A stretch of DNA of 64,000 bases from Candidatus Eiseniibacteriota bacterium (GTDB taxonomy: Bacteria > Eisenbacteria > RBG-16-71-46), in the NCBI GenBank assembly GCA_963725865.1, contig CAVSAC010000010.1, positions 451,736 to 515,735 of the forward strand, in the 5' to 3' direction. The notes beneath the pieces are model-generated. The model made no database searches, was not told the origin of the DNA, and saw only the letters and a list, made by a program, of their open reading frames with translations. The position numbers and the translations under genes were made by a program. Shown one piece after another: positions 1 to 9,174 of this stretch. How positions within the stretch are numbered: position 1 is the stretch's first letter; each line of letters opens with the position of its first letter.

Positions 1-975
1 ACGCGGCGAGCCGACGCGGAAGCCGTACTCGTCCGCCAGCGCCAGCATACGTGCGGTCTGCCGCAGCGACTTCGCGCGGATCGACTCGACGCCGATGCGC
101 GCGACGATCGCGTAGCCGGGCTCGGCCGCCGCGAACGCCACCACCGCCGGGGTGCCGGTCCAGAACCGCCGCGCGCCGTCGTCGCGGCGCGTGGGCCCCG
201 GGTCGAAGTCGAACGGCCGGGCGTGGGCCATCCAGCCGGTGATCGCCGGCTCGAGGCCGGCGGCCACGCGCGGGCTCACGTAGAGGTAGCCCGCGCCGGG
301 TCCGCCGCACAGCCACTTCACCGAGCCGCCGGTCATCAGGTCGATGCCGGCCGCCCGCACGTCCACCGGCAGAGTGCCGACCGACTGGTAGGCGTCGATC
401 AGGGTGCGCGCGCCGCACGCGCGCGCTCGCGCGACGATCGGCGCCAGGTCGAGCACCTGGGCGGTGCGGAACAGCACGTGCGAGATCGCCACCACCGCGG
501 TGCGCTCGTCGATCGCCGCGACCACGTCGGCCTCCTCGATCGCGTGCCCCGTCCGCGCGCGCACCCGCACGACCTCGGCACCGCGACGCACCAGCCCCTC
601 GTACAGGTAGAGCACCGAGGGAAAGTCCTCGTCGGTGCACACCAGCCGGTTGCGCGGCGCGCGAAAGTCGATCGCCGAGAGCGCGAGCGCCTGTGCGTCG
701 GTCACGTTCTGGTGCATCGAGACCGAGCCGGGCTCGGCGTTGACGATGGTGCCGAGCAGATCGCCGACGCGAGTCGGCAGCGCGAACCACTCCTCCTCCC
801 ACGCGCGGATGCCGCGCGACTTCCAGGCCAGCGCGTACCGCCGCAGCGCCTCCTCGACCCCGCGTGGCATCGCGCCCAGCGAGTGCGAGATGAAGTGCAG
901 GGTCGATTCGACGGTCGGGAACTCGGTCCGCCATTCGAGCAGGCGGTCCTCGGTGGCGCGGGGCTCGGGGCTCAT
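1..975 (-). CDS. kynU: Kynureninase (PLP-dependent), N-terminal ~325 aa; 3' end runs off the window
   Basis: Hand translation of the minus strand from ATG at ~975 gives MSPEP...HFISHSLGAMP...VKWLCGGPGAGYLYVSP...ITGWMAH. These motifs match kynureninase (YKYLNGGPG / LSGWFGH regions). No stop occurs before position 1, so it is absent from the ORF track. Confidence 0.7.
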   Translation of the reverse strand, partial: MSPEPRATEDRLLEWRTEFPTVESTLHFISHSLGAMPRGVEEALRRYALAWKSRGIRAWEEEWFALPTRVGDLLGTIVNAEPGSVSMHQNVTDAQALALSAIDFRAPRNRLVCTDEDFPSVLYLYEGLVRRGAEVVRVRARTGHAIEEADVVAAIDERTAVVAISHVLFRTAQVLDLAPIVARARACGARTLIDAYQSVGTLPVDVRAAGIDLMTGGSVKWLCGGPGAGYLYVSPRVAAGLEPAITGWMAHARPFDFDPGPTRRDDGARRFWTGTPAVVAFAAAEPGYAIVARIGVESIRAKSLRQTARMLALADEYGFRVGSPR

Positions 976-1000
976 CGCTCGACCTCCCGATGGGTGCGGC

Positions 1001-1558
1001 TCAGCGGCGCACGCCGCTCGCGGCGCCCTCGAGCACCGCGCGCGCGCCCGCGGCCGCGGTGCGCGCGATGCGGACGTGTTCGAACATCTCCGGGTACACT
1101 AGCTGCGGATGGCGCTGGACGGCCAACCATGCCTCCCACGGCTCCCCGACCAGCACGAACGGGGCGGCGGGCCGCCCGCCCGCGGCGAGCAGGTTCCAGG
1201 TCAGGAACAGCTCGGCGAGCGTGCCCACGCTGCCGGGCAGCACCAGGAAACCGTCGGCGCGCGTGACGATCGTGCGCAGGCGCTCGAACAGATCGGCGGT
1301 GTGCACGCGCTCGCGGACCCAGGCGTTGGCGGGGCCGCGGGCCTCGAACAGCTCGACCGTCACGCCCACCGTATGGCCGCCCGCCTCCGCCGCGCCGCGC
1401 GAGCAGGCCTCCATCACGCCCGAGTAGCCGCCGGTCATCACGTCGGCGCCGCCTGTCGCCAGCGCACGCCCGAGCTCGAAGGCGAGCGTGTACACCGGCT
1501 CGCCCGGCTGGACGGTCGCGCTGCCGTACACCGCGATCAGGGGTCGTCGTGCGGACAT
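1001..1558 (-). CDS. LOG family protein (cytokinin riboside 5'-monophosphate phosphoribohydrolase-like / Rossmann nucleotide-binding, TIGR00730)
   Basis: C-terminal 185 aa of track ORF 1001..2611: MSARRPLIAVYGSA...TGGYSGVMEA...GFLVLPGSVGTLAELF, the LOG-family signature. The upstream Arg/Gly-rich part of the ORF is read-through of non-coding sequence. ATG at 1558. Confidence 0.75.
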   Translation of the reverse strand: MSARRPLIAVYGSATVQPGEPVYTLAFELGRALATGGADVMTGGYSGVMEACSRGAAEAGGHTVGVTVELFEARGPANAWVRERVHTADLFERLRTIVTRADGFLVLPGSVGTLAELFLTWNLLAAGGRPAAPFVLVGEPWEAWLAVQRHPQLVYPEMFEHVRIARTAAAGARAVLEGAASGVRR

Positions 1559-1632
1559 CGGTCCTCCCTGCGAGGGGGTCGAGGGACGCAGTGTGCCACG
1601 GTGCCGGTCGCCGCCGCCAGCCGCGAGTCCGA

Positions 1633-2078
1633 TCAGCGCCGCTCGAACGGCAGCTCGCGCGCGCCGAGCAGGGCCAGCCACGCCGCGACCGCGGTCGCCC
1701 ACACCACCGTGTCGCGCAGGTTCGCCGCCACCGACTGGAGCCCCGCCGCCGCGGCCGGATGCGTGACCGCGCGATAGTCGAGCCCCAGCGCCACCACCGC
1801 CACCACCAACTCGACGCCGACCAGCAGCGGGACTCCCACCGCCAACGCACGCAGCCGTTCGCGCATGCGCGCGCGCCCACTCGCCAGACAGAGGGCCGCG
1901 AACAGCCCGAGCTCGAACGGCATCGCGACCCCGAGACCGGTGACCCGGATCGGCATGCCGAGCAGCTGCAGGACGACGGTCGCCACCGCGCCGAGCGCGC
2001 GCTGGTACGGCAGCGCGACGAACCAGCACAGCACGGAGAGCAGCGTGGCCCAGCCGAGCAGGCGCAGGAACCAGCTCA
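1633..2078 (-). CDS. Hypothetical polytopic membrane protein (~148 aa), divergent from the exosortase-like gene
   Basis: Internal ATG (MSWFLRLLGW...) of track ORF 1633..2163. Several hydrophobic helices and very high GC3 support coding. No family recognised. Confidence 0.4.
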
Positions 2079-2417
2079 TCGCATCCCCCGGGCCGAATCG
2101 GCAGCGCGACGCAAGGGCGCGCGGCGCGCGCCGCCGCGCCGCGGCGTGCGCCCCGGGCGGCACGGCACGCGGGTGCGGTCACGCGCTGCCGAAACCCGCA
2201 GCCCGACTCCCGCCCCCGATCCAGAAAGGCCTCGCGCCTGGCTCCGCGGCCGCGGTAGCGTCGCGGGGCCACGAGTCGGATCCACCCGAGAGGACGAACG
2301 GACATGAGACCTGCGGGCCCCCGAGGTCGCGGACGCGAGCGGGCGGAGGCGCGCGGCGGCGCGGCCGCGCCCAACGCGGGCCGCCGCGGCGGGCCGTCGC
2401 GCGCGCTGGCCGCCTTC

Positions 2418-2903
2418 ATGGTGCGCCTCGTCGTCGGGTTCGTGGCCTGCCTGTGGATCCATGCGCGGACGCCGCAGCTCGATCGGTGGGCGGTCGACGC
2501 CACGGTGGCCTCGATCACCGCCGTGTTCGGGATCTTCCGCGCGCCGCTGGTGCTGATGGGAAACACGATCTCGATCGGAACCACGTCGCTGACCATCGTC
2601 CCCGACTGCACGCCGCTGATGCCGGCGCTGCTGGCAACGATCGCGATCCTCGCCTTCCCGGCGCCCTGGCCGGCCCGCCTCGGCGGCGTGGTGGGCGCCG
2701 CGATCGCGCTCTGGGGCTACAACCTGATCCGCATCGCGGTGCTGTTCGGCGTGATGATCCGCTGGCCCGGCGCATTCGGCTTCGTGCACGTCTACCTCTG
2801 GCAGACCGTCACCGTGGTGGTGGTCGTGGTGCTCTTCATGGCGTGGCTGCGGCTTTGCGAACGGATCCTCCCGGCGGCCGGCCGGCTCCCCCGAGTCGCG
2901 TGA
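2418..2903 (+). CDS. Minimal exosortase/archaeosortase-family membrane protein (alternative start 2304)
   Basis: Track ORF 2304..2903. The hydrophobic core ...LMGNTISIGTTSLTIVPDCTPLMPALL...IALWGYNLIRIAVLFGV...FGFVHVYLW carries the exosortase-like motifs: a Cys after a Gly/Thr-rich helix, a conserved N-x-x-R-I motif, and a downstream His. It is only ~160-200 aa, shorter than canonical EpsH/XrtA. Confidence 0.45.
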   Translation: MVRLVVGFVACLWIHARTPQLDRWAVDATVASITAVFGIFRAPLVLMGNTISIGTTSLTIVPDCTPLMPALLATIAILAFPAPWPARLGGVVGAAIALWGYNLIRIAVLFGVMIRWPGAFGFVHVYLWQTVTVVVVVVLFMAWLRLCERILPAAGRLPRVA

Positions 2904-3042
2904 GATCAAACCTCGCACGAATAGCGGACGATTGTCAGCGGAATGTCCGGTGGGAGCGACTAGGCTCCGCCCTCGTGCCGCGGCAAGGGCGACCATCGAC
3001 CTGGACGCCCCGTCCATCGAGTTCAGCACAGAGGAGGCATGC

Positions 3043-3630
3043 ATGCGCACTCGTCTCGGACTCATCGCGGTCGTCCTCGGGCTCCTCGCGGCCTCGACGG
3101 CGAGCGCGGGACACCATCTCTGGGACTTCACGGAGGCCTTCTCCAACGCGGACGGCTCGGTGCAGTTCGTCGAGCTCTTCACCGCGGCGGCGAGCGAGCA
3201 GGGAGTCGGCCCGTTCACGGTCACCTCGAACAGCAACACGTTCAACTTCGTGACCAACCTCCCCAGCTCGGCGACCGCCAACACGTGGATCCTGATCGCG
3301 ACGTCGAACTTCGCGAGCAAGCCCGGCGCGGTCACGCCCGACTACATCATCCCCGCCAACTTCCTCTCGACCAGCGGCGGAACGCTCAACTACGCGAGCG
3401 GCGTGAAGATCTGGAGCCACGGCGCCCTGCCGACCGATGGTCTGCACTCCCTGCTCCGCAACGGCTCGACGGCCGTCAACTCGCCGACCAACTTCGCCGG
3501 TCAGGCCGGATCGGTGAACCTCGCGGCGTCGGTCCCGATGCTCCCGACCTGGGGCCTGATCCTGCTGGTCGGCGCGATCCTGTTCATGGCGAGCGGGCTG
3601 CTCCGCACGCGCGAGGCTCCCACCGCCTGA
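3043..3630 (+). CDS. Secreted protein with a PEP-CTERM-like C-terminal sorting signal (VPMLP + TM helix + RTR)
   Basis: Signal peptide MRTRLGLIAVVLGLLAASTASA at the internal start of ORF 2932..3630. The C-terminus ...SVPMLPTWGLILLVGAILFMASGLLRTREAPTA is a Pro-containing motif followed by a TM helix and a basic cluster, as in exosortase substrates. It lies immediately downstream of the exosortase-like gene. Confidence 0.55.
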   Translation: MRTRLGLIAVVLGLLAASTASAGHHLWDFTEAFSNADGSVQFVELFTAAASEQGVGPFTVTSNSNTFNFVTNLPSSATANTWILIATSNFASKPGAVTPDYIIPANFLSTSGGTLNYASGVKIWSHGALPTDGLHSLLRNGSTAVNSPTNFAGQAGSVNLAASVPMLPTWGLILLVGAILFMASGLLRTREAPTA

Positions 3631-3706
3631 CGGGCAGCCGGAGCGATTCGATCCCGGGTGGGCACGGGGCGGGCGGAGTTCCTTCGCCCGCCCCTTCCCG
3701 TGGCGC

Positions 3707-4855
3707 TCAGCGCCGCGAGAACAGCGAGAGCGTGAACGTGCGCTCCAGCACCCAGACCACCGCGACCCACGCGATCCCGAGCGATCCGAGCCCCATCACG
3801 ATGCGCGGATACCAACGCCGCCGCGAACCGGCATAGATCAGCGGCATGACGACCGCCACCACCCCGAGCTGGCCCACCTCGACCCCGATGTTGAACGCCG
3901 CGAGCGCCAGCGCGTGCGCGTTGCGAGGCAACGACAGGTTGTTCAACGCGCCGGCGAAACCCAGCCCGTGCACCAGCCCGAAGCCGAACGCCATCACCCA
4001 CGCCCGCCCGGGCAGGAACGGGCGCAGGTTGTTCCACGCCGCCGCGAACACGGACAGCGCGATGCCGACCTCGACCCACTGTTCCCGGATGCGCACGAGC
4101 CCGAAGAACGAGAGGGCGAGCGTCAGGGAGTGCGCCACCGTGAACGCGGTGACGACCTTCAGGACCTCCTGGGTCGACGGCCAGATTCCCGCCCGCGGCG
4201 TCCAGCCGCGTCCCGCGCGCAGCAGTGGCGCGGGCAGCAGCAGGGACGTCAGGAAGAGCATGTGGTCGAGGCCGCTCCAGATGTGCCCGATGCCGTCCCG
4301 GATGAACTCGAGCGTCACCTGCACGAGGTGGAACTGCTTCACCGCGAACGTGGCCGTGCGCTGGTCGGCGTGGAACGCGCCGACGCTGGTGACGCGCGCG
4401 TCCTCGACCGAGAAGTAGGCGCGGTGCGTGGGATCGCGGTCGAACAGCAGGTCGCAGTGCATGCGGAGCCGGGTCGGAGACTTCGCGCAATCGGCGACGA
4501 GGTGGAATCGCACCGAGCTGGTCGCCTCGTTCCACTCCATGGGAGCCGCGGTCAGCTCGAGCGGACATGCCAGGCTGTCGGACTCGATCGTGAGCGAGCG
4601 TGCGAGCAGCGCGCGCAGCTCCGACTCGTGCGGCTGCAGATCGCGCCACCCCACCGTCCCGCCGAGCGACGTGTCGAGCCCGAGCGCGAGCCGCGCGTCG
4701 CGCAGGTGCAGGTCCCAATCGCCTTCCAGGTGCGCCCCTTCGACCCGCAGGCGCAGCTGGCTCATCCCGACCCCGTGCGACGCGGCGGGTCCCGCCGCGC
4801 ACGCCAGACCGACGAGGACCGCGAGTGCCGCCGACCATCCGAGGGGTTTCCGCAT
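3707..4855 (-). CDS. HupE/UreJ family membrane protein (Ni/Co transporter-like) with N-terminal periplasmic domain
   Basis: Track ORF 3707..4870. Motifs GHIWSGLDHMLFL and AFGFGLVHGLGFAGAL plus multiple TM helices. An N-terminal signal peptide follows MRKPLGW. Confidence 0.65.
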   Translation of the reverse strand: MRKPLGWSAALAVLVGLACAAGPAASHGVGMSQLRLRVEGAHLEGDWDLHLRDARLALGLDTSLGGTVGWRDLQPHESELRALLARSLTIESDSLACPLELTAAPMEWNEATSSVRFHLVADCAKSPTRLRMHCDLLFDRDPTHRAYFSVEDARVTSVGAFHADQRTATFAVKQFHLVQVTLEFIRDGIGHIWSGLDHMLFLTSLLLPAPLLRAGRGWTPRAGIWPSTQEVLKVVTAFTVAHSLTLALSFFGLVRIREQWVEVGIALSVFAAAWNNLRPFLPGRAWVMAFGFGLVHGLGFAGALNNLSLPRNAHALALAAFNIGVEVGQLGVVAVVMPLIYAGSRRRWYPRIVMGLGSLGIAWVAVVWVLERTFTLSLFSRR

Positions 4856-5045
4856 GACGCAGCATCGCATGCCCGGGAGCCCGGACGCATCGACATCGGT
4901 CGCCCCACCCGAACGCCGACCCGGAATCCGCCGCGGATTTTCGCATCACTAAACGGCGGGCCGGCCGGCGGGGCGAGGGCTGGCGGAGAGGCCGGCGGCG
5001 GGTGATGCTCGCCCCCACGCCGGCCCACCCCTCACGCGTCCCGAG

Positions 5046-5999
5046 GTGCTCGCCATGCCCGTCCCGTCATCGCGCTGGTCACTCCGGCCCCACATCGCCC
5101 GCATCGCCACCGCGCTCCTGCTGCTCGCGACACCCGTCGGTGCGCTCGCCCAGCCGGCGGTCGGCTTCATGGAGAGTTTTCCCGGCACGCTGACCTCTGG
5201 CTGGGGCGGAGGCGCCGTGGTCTCCAATCCCGGCACCGGCGGCGCGCTCGGGGCAGGCGACGGCTTCCTGCGTATCGCGGTGCCCGGACCGCTGCCCGGG
5301 AATCTCGGCTCGTTCGTCCAGACCCCGGCGTACGTCGGCGACTGGACCGCCGTCGGCATCCACCAGGTCGATCTGTGGCTGAACGACGTCGGCGAGCTGG
5401 ACACGCTCGAGATGCACTTCGTGATCGGGAACGCGGTGGCCGAGAATATCTGGGAGTACAGCCTCGGGTTCGTGCCGCCGGCCGGCCAGTGGGCGCACTT
5501 CGTCGTCGATCTGAGGGACTCGGCGTCGTTCTCGCGGATCGGCACCGGACCCGGCAACTACACCCAGGCCTTGACCCAGGTGGACCGCATCCTCGTGCGC
5601 CACGACTTCGCGCCGTACACGCGGTTCCCCGACACCGTGGTCGGCGACGTCGGGCTCGACGAGCTGCTGCTGAGCGGGGGCACCACCGGCGTGGGCGACG
5701 GCGGGCCGCGCTCGCGGCCGCGCGCGGTCCAACTCGCGCCCCCGATGCCCAACCCGGCGCGCGGTCGCGTGACGCTGCGGATGGAGACGCGCGAGGCCGC
5801 GCCGGTGCGCATCCAGATCGTGGATGCCCTGGGCCGGCTGGTCCGCCACGCCGAGCTGCCGGCCGCGGCACCCGGCGCCCGCACCTGGACGTGGGATGGC
5901 GTGGACGACCGCGGCAGCCGGGCGGCCGCGGGCGTCTATCGCGTCCGCGCCGTGGGACCCGGCGGCGGCACCAGCCGGCCGCTCGTGCTGCTCCGCTAG
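5046..5999 (+). CDS. Secreted protein with C-terminal FlgD-Ig-like / T9SS-type sorting domain
   Basis: Signal peptide (…ALLLLATPVGALA). The C-terminus LAPPMPNPARGRVTLRMETREAAPVRIQIVDALGRLVRH...GVYRVRAVGPG resembles the TIGR04183 / FlgD-Ig CTD. Confidence 0.5.
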   Translation: MLAMPVPSSRWSLRPHIARIATALLLLATPVGALAQPAVGFMESFPGTLTSGWGGGAVVSNPGTGGALGAGDGFLRIAVPGPLPGNLGSFVQTPAYVGDWTAVGIHQVDLWLNDVGELDTLEMHFVIGNAVAENIWEYSLGFVPPAGQWAHFVVDLRDSASFSRIGTGPGNYTQALTQVDRILVRHDFAPYTRFPDTVVGDVGLDELLLSGGTTGVGDGGPRSRPRAVQLAPPMPNPARGRVTLRMETREAAPVRIQIVDALGRLVRHAELPAAAPGARTWTWDGVDDRGSRAAAGVYRVRAVGPGGGTSRPLVLLR

Positions 6000-6075
6000 G
6001 CCGCTGCGCGCGGCCGCCGTGCGCCGACCGCTGCGGCGATCACCCGCGCCGGTGCCGTCGCGGTCCGCGCACGCT

Positions 6076-6456
6076 ATGCTGCGCCCCATGTCGAATCCGG
6101 GGGAGACCGCGGTGCAGGTGCTGCCGGACGCGCGACGCGTCGGCGAGACGCAGGGCGTGCGCTTCCGCGTGACGCTCGAGGGCGTGTCGTACGACGCGTT
6201 CGCGGTCCGCTGGAGCGGGCGGCTTCACGCCTACGTGAATCGCTGCCCCCACCAGGGCAACGCGCTCGACTTCGGCGATGCGGTGTTCTTCGACGAAGCG
6301 TGCGACGCGCTGGTCTGCACCCACCACGGCGCGCGCTTCCATCCGGCGGATGGCCTCTGCGTGGATGGTCCGTGTCGCGGCGGGCGCCTCACGGCGCTGG
6401 CGCTCGAGCTGCGCGACGGCGCGCTCTGGTGCGTGGGCCGCGCCCTGCGTCCCTGA
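6076..6456 (+). CDS. Rieske [2Fe-2S] domain protein
   Basis: CPHQG...17 aa...CTHHGARF fits the Rieske CxH-X15-17-CxxH cluster motif. Internal ATG of track ORF 5824..6456. Confidence 0.65.
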   Translation: MLRPMSNPGETAVQVLPDARRVGETQGVRFRVTLEGVSYDAFAVRWSGRLHAYVNRCPHQGNALDFGDAVFFDEACDALVCTHHGARFHPADGLCVDGPCRGGRLTALALELRDGALWCVGRALRP

Positions 6457-6510
6457 GCGCGAGCGGGCCGCGGACGACCGGCGCCCGCGGCCCGCTCACG
6501 CCCGCGCGGA

Positions 6511-7185
6511 TCAGCGCCGCGCCGGCGCGTTGAGATTCGCGATCACGCCCTTGTCGTTCAGGTCGAGATAGCCGACCAGCCGCGCGCTGCGGCGCACCGC
6601 GTCCGACAACGTGGCCGCCTTGCGGTCGGCCACGATCGCCCGCGCGAGCGCGGGGGTGAGCGCCAGCGGATGGCCGCGCTCGCCCTTGAAGCGCGGCACC
6701 AGGGCGTACGAGAAGCGGGTGCGCTCGCGGGCGTTGCGGTTGGCGGCGAGCGCCTGGAGCAGGACGTTGCCGATCGAGGCGACGGTGGTCGCCGCCACGT
6801 GCGGGTGGTCGACCGGCAGCACCAGCAGCCCCGCGGGCTTGCGCTTGAGCGCGGCGGCAAGCCCCGACTGCACGCTCGACAGCATCCCGCGCTGCCAGCG
6901 CGCGTTGATCACGAACTGGCACTCGAGCCCCGGCGCCCCGTGGCCGTGCGCGTGGGCGAGGTCGGGATGCAGCCGGCCGTGCTCCACCAGCGTCTCGAAC
7001 TCCGCGATGATGGCGCGCTGCACGGCGGTCGCATGGGCCCCCAGCACCACCACCACGTCGTCACACGCGGCCCACAGATGCCGCACGCCGTGGACGGCGA
7101 ACGACGCCGCCCCGGTGCGGACGAGCGCCTTGTCGTGTCCCATCCGGCGCGACGCGCCGGCGGCCAGCAGGACTCCCGCGAGCAT
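6511..7185 (-). CDS. mocA: MobA-like NTP transferase / molybdenum cofactor cytidylyltransferase (MocA family)
   Basis: MLAGVLLAAGASRRMGHDKAL... is the N-terminal signature of MocA/MobA nucleotidyltransferases. It is adjacent to xdhC and the Mo-hydroxylase subunits. Confidence 0.65.
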   Translation of the reverse strand: MLAGVLLAAGASRRMGHDKALVRTGAASFAVHGVRHLWAACDDVVVVLGAHATAVQRAIIAEFETLVEHGRLHPDLAHAHGHGAPGLECQFVINARWQRGMLSSVQSGLAAALKRKPAGLLVLPVDHPHVAATTVASIGNVLLQALAANRNARERTRFSYALVPRFKGERGHPLALTPALARAIVADRKAATLSDAVRRSARLVGYLDLNDKGVIANLNAPARR

Positions 7186-7188
7186 GAT

Positions 7189-8178
7189 CTACCTCCCTGT
7201 CGGGTCCGCGTCCTCGGTCCCCGCCTCCGCGGGGGCCGCATCGTGCATCTCCATGTCGGCCGGCCGCACGCCCGCGCGCGCGGGCGGCACCCAGCCGCGT
7301 TCGATCCCGAGCCCGCGTCGCACCGCGATGATCTGCGCCATCACGCTGACCGCGATCTCCTCGGGACCGTCGGCGCCGATCGCCAGCCCGACCGGCGCGT
7401 GCAGGCGCGCGATTTCCTCGTCGCTGAAGCCCTTCGCCCGCAGCCGCAACGCGAACTTGCGCTGCTTGGCGGTGCTGCCGAGCATGCCGAGGAAGCGCAG
7501 CGGCCGCCGCAGCAGCCCCTGCACCAGGCGCTGGTCGATGGCGTGGTCGTGGGTGGTGATCACGGCGTAGTCCCCGGGCTGCGTGGCGAGCGAGCGCAGG
7601 AAGTCCTCGGGGTCCTGCACCGCCACCCGGGCCGTCGGGAAGCGCTCGGCGGTCGCCCACTCCGGGCGGCCGTCGATCACGGTCACGTCGAAGCCGCAGC
7701 CGGCGGCGATCGCCGCGAGCGGCTTGGCGATGTAGCCGGCGCCGAACACCCACAGCCGCGGCGCCATCTCGACCACTTCGAGGAACACGCTCATCTCGCC
7801 TCCACAGCACATGCCGAGGTCCCGCGTGAGGTGGCGCTCGACGAGCGCGGTGCCGCCGCGCTCGAACAGCTCGCGCGCGGCCGCCAGCACCTCGTGCTCG
7901 ATCGCGCCGCCGCCGATGGTGCCGACGGTCAGGCCGTCGGCGGCGATCAGCATCCGCGCGCCGGCCTTGCGCGGGGTGTAGCCGCGCGCGGCGGTGACGG
8001 TGGCCATCACGAAGCGGCGCTGCTCGGCCCGCCAGCGCGCCAGCGCCTCCCAGACCTCGCCCTCGCGGGTGCGGCGCGGCAGGTCGATGCCGGGCGTGCC
8101 CCCGGTGCCGGTGGGCTCGCCCCCGCAGCGCTGCGCGCGATCGTGCTCGTCGAATTCCTCGGGTTCGCTCGGACTCAT
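7189..8178 (-). CDS. xdhC: XdhC/CoxI family Mo-hydroxylase maturation protein
   Basis: MSPSEPEEF...GYTPRKAGARMLI...FGAGYIAKPLAAIAAGCGFDVTVIDGRPE shows the XdhC N- and C-terminal Rossmann domains. Its ATG overlaps the coxM stop (ATGA). Confidence 0.75.
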   Translation of the reverse strand: MSPSEPEEFDEHDRAQRCGGEPTGTGGTPGIDLPRRTREGEVWEALARWRAEQRRFVMATVTAARGYTPRKAGARMLIAADGLTVGTIGGGAIEHEVLAAARELFERGGTALVERHLTRDLGMCCGGEMSVFLEVVEMAPRLWVFGAGYIAKPLAAIAAGCGFDVTVIDGRPEWATAERFPTARVAVQDPEDFLRSLATQPGDYAVITTHDHAIDQRLVQGLLRRPLRFLGMLGSTAKQRKFALRLRAKGFSDEEIARLHAPVGLAIGADGPEEIAVSVMAQIIAVRRGLGIERGWVPPARAGVRPADMEMHDAAPAEAGTEDADPTGR

Positions 8179-9167
8179 GGCTGCTCGCTCGCGAGGGCGT
8201 CGCGCACCGTGCGGGTGACCATCACCGGCACCATGGCGCGCCGCCACTCGGTATCGTACGGCACATTGGACAGCGGGTGACACTGCTGGTGGGCGGCATT
8301 GGCGAGGGCCGCGAGCGCCGCGTCGTCCAGCGGACGCCCGTTCAGCAGCGCGTCCAGTCCGGCGACCACGCGCGGCTTGGCCGCCAGCGCGCTCACCACC
8401 AGCCGCGCCTCGGCGCAGATGCCGCCCTCCAGGCGGGTCGCGAACGCCACCGACAGCATCGGGAAGTCGATCGCCTTCCGCGGGCGCAGCTTGCGGTACG
8501 CGCTCCGCATCGCGCGGGCGCGCGCCGGCACCACCACGCGCGTCACCAGTTCGTCGGGGCGGCGCACCGTGTTGTGCACTCCATCGCCGACGAAGAAGTC
8601 GTCGAGCTTCACGGTGCGCGTGCCGGCGTGGCTCGACAGCTCGACCGCGGCGTCGAGCGCGATCAACATCGGCGCGACGTCCGAGGAGTGTGCCGCCACG
8701 CACCGACGGCCCTGCGGCACCACGTGGCAGACGGTGCCCGACTTCTTCAGGCAGTAGCCGATGGCCCCGCGCCAGAACAGCGTCTGGTTGTAGTACGTGC
8801 AGCGCGTGTCGAGGCACAGGTTGCCGCCCAGCGTGCCCATGTTGCGGATCTGGGGCGAGGCCACCTGCGACGCCGCGCGCGCCAGACCGGGCAGCTCGCG
8901 GGCGACCACCGGGTGCGCGGCCAAAGCGGCCAGCGTCGTCAGCGGACCCAGCACGAGGTCGCCGCCCTCCTCGCGCACGAAGCGCAGCGCGTCGAGCCCG
9001 CCGATGTGGATCACGCGCCGCGGCTCGTGCAGGCCGTGCTTGAGATTGGGCACCGCGTCGGTGCCGCCGGCCACCACCAGGCTCTCCTCGGGACGCTCGG
9101 CCAGCAGCGCGAGCGCCGCCTCCACCGTCGCGGGGTGCGTCCACTCGAAGCGCGGCAGCGTCAGCAT
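8175..9167 (-). CDS. Mo-hydroxylase FAD-binding medium subunit (CoxM/XdhB family)
   Basis: MLTLPRFEWTHPATVEAALALL...VVAGGTDAVPNLK is the FAD-binding PCMH domain typical of CoxM/XdhB. Confidence 0.8.
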   Translation of the reverse strand: MLTLPRFEWTHPATVEAALALLAERPEESLVVAGGTDAVPNLKHGLHEPRRVIHIGGLDALRFVREEGGDLVLGPLTTLAALAAHPVVARELPGLARAASQVASPQIRNMGTLGGNLCLDTRCTYYNQTLFWRGAIGYCLKKSGTVCHVVPQGRRCVAAHSSDVAPMLIALDAAVELSSHAGTRTVKLDDFFVGDGVHNTVRRPDELVTRVVVPARARAMRSAYRKLRPRKAIDFPMLSVAFATRLEGGICAEARLVVSALAAKPRVVAGLDALLNGRPLDDAALAALANAAHQQCHPLSNVPYDTEWRRAMVPVMVTRTVRDALASEQP

Positions 9168-9174
9168 CGCGCCC

